Source: an uncultured archaeon
GTDB lineage: Archaea; Asgardarchaeota; Jordiarchaeia; Jordiarchaeales; Jordiarchaeaceae
Direction: 5' to 3'
Length of the DNA stretch: 5,298 nucleotides
NCBI GenBank assembly: GCA_964510585.1
Contig: CAZECW010000085.1
Location: 1 to 5,298 of the forward strand
Part shown: piece after piece, positions 5,298 through 5,298 of the stretch
Layout: each line of letters begins with the position of its first letter
Numbering within the stretch: the stretch's first letter is position 1
Made by a program: the position numbers and the translations under genes
The notes under the pieces: generated by a model
What the model saw: the letters and a program-made list of their open reading frames with translations, nothing else
The model's database searches: none
Told to the model about the DNA's origin: nothing

Positions 5298-5298
5298 A

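Overview
Archaeal-looking 5.3 kb window (GGAGG ribosome-binding sites, TATA-like boxes, archaeal gene families). From left to right: (1) the left end of an IS200/IS605-family (IS608-like) element on the minus strand, running out of the window; (2) a translationally coupled two-subunit aconitase X pair (DUF521-type large subunit, DUF126-type swivel subunit) that keeps all three Fe-S cysteines but has changed most substrate-binding and catalytic motifs relative to phosphomevalonate dehydratase; (3) a 4-hydroxybutyryl-CoA dehydratase (AbfD)-like FAD/[4Fe-4S] protein that keeps its cluster ligands but lacks the Glu455-equivalent residue; (4) a small three-CxxC zinc-ribbon protein divergent from a stand-alone Lrp/AsnC ligand-binding domain; (5) a DUF5788-like protein; and (6) the C-terminus of a WYL-domain protein cut by the right edge, which is absent from the ORF track. 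The most interesting signal is two adjacent, co-oriented Fe-S dehydratase homologues that both have altered active sites, a candidate for an uncharacterised anaerobic organic-acid pathway. All family calls come from motif recognition and recalled reference sequences; no searches were run.
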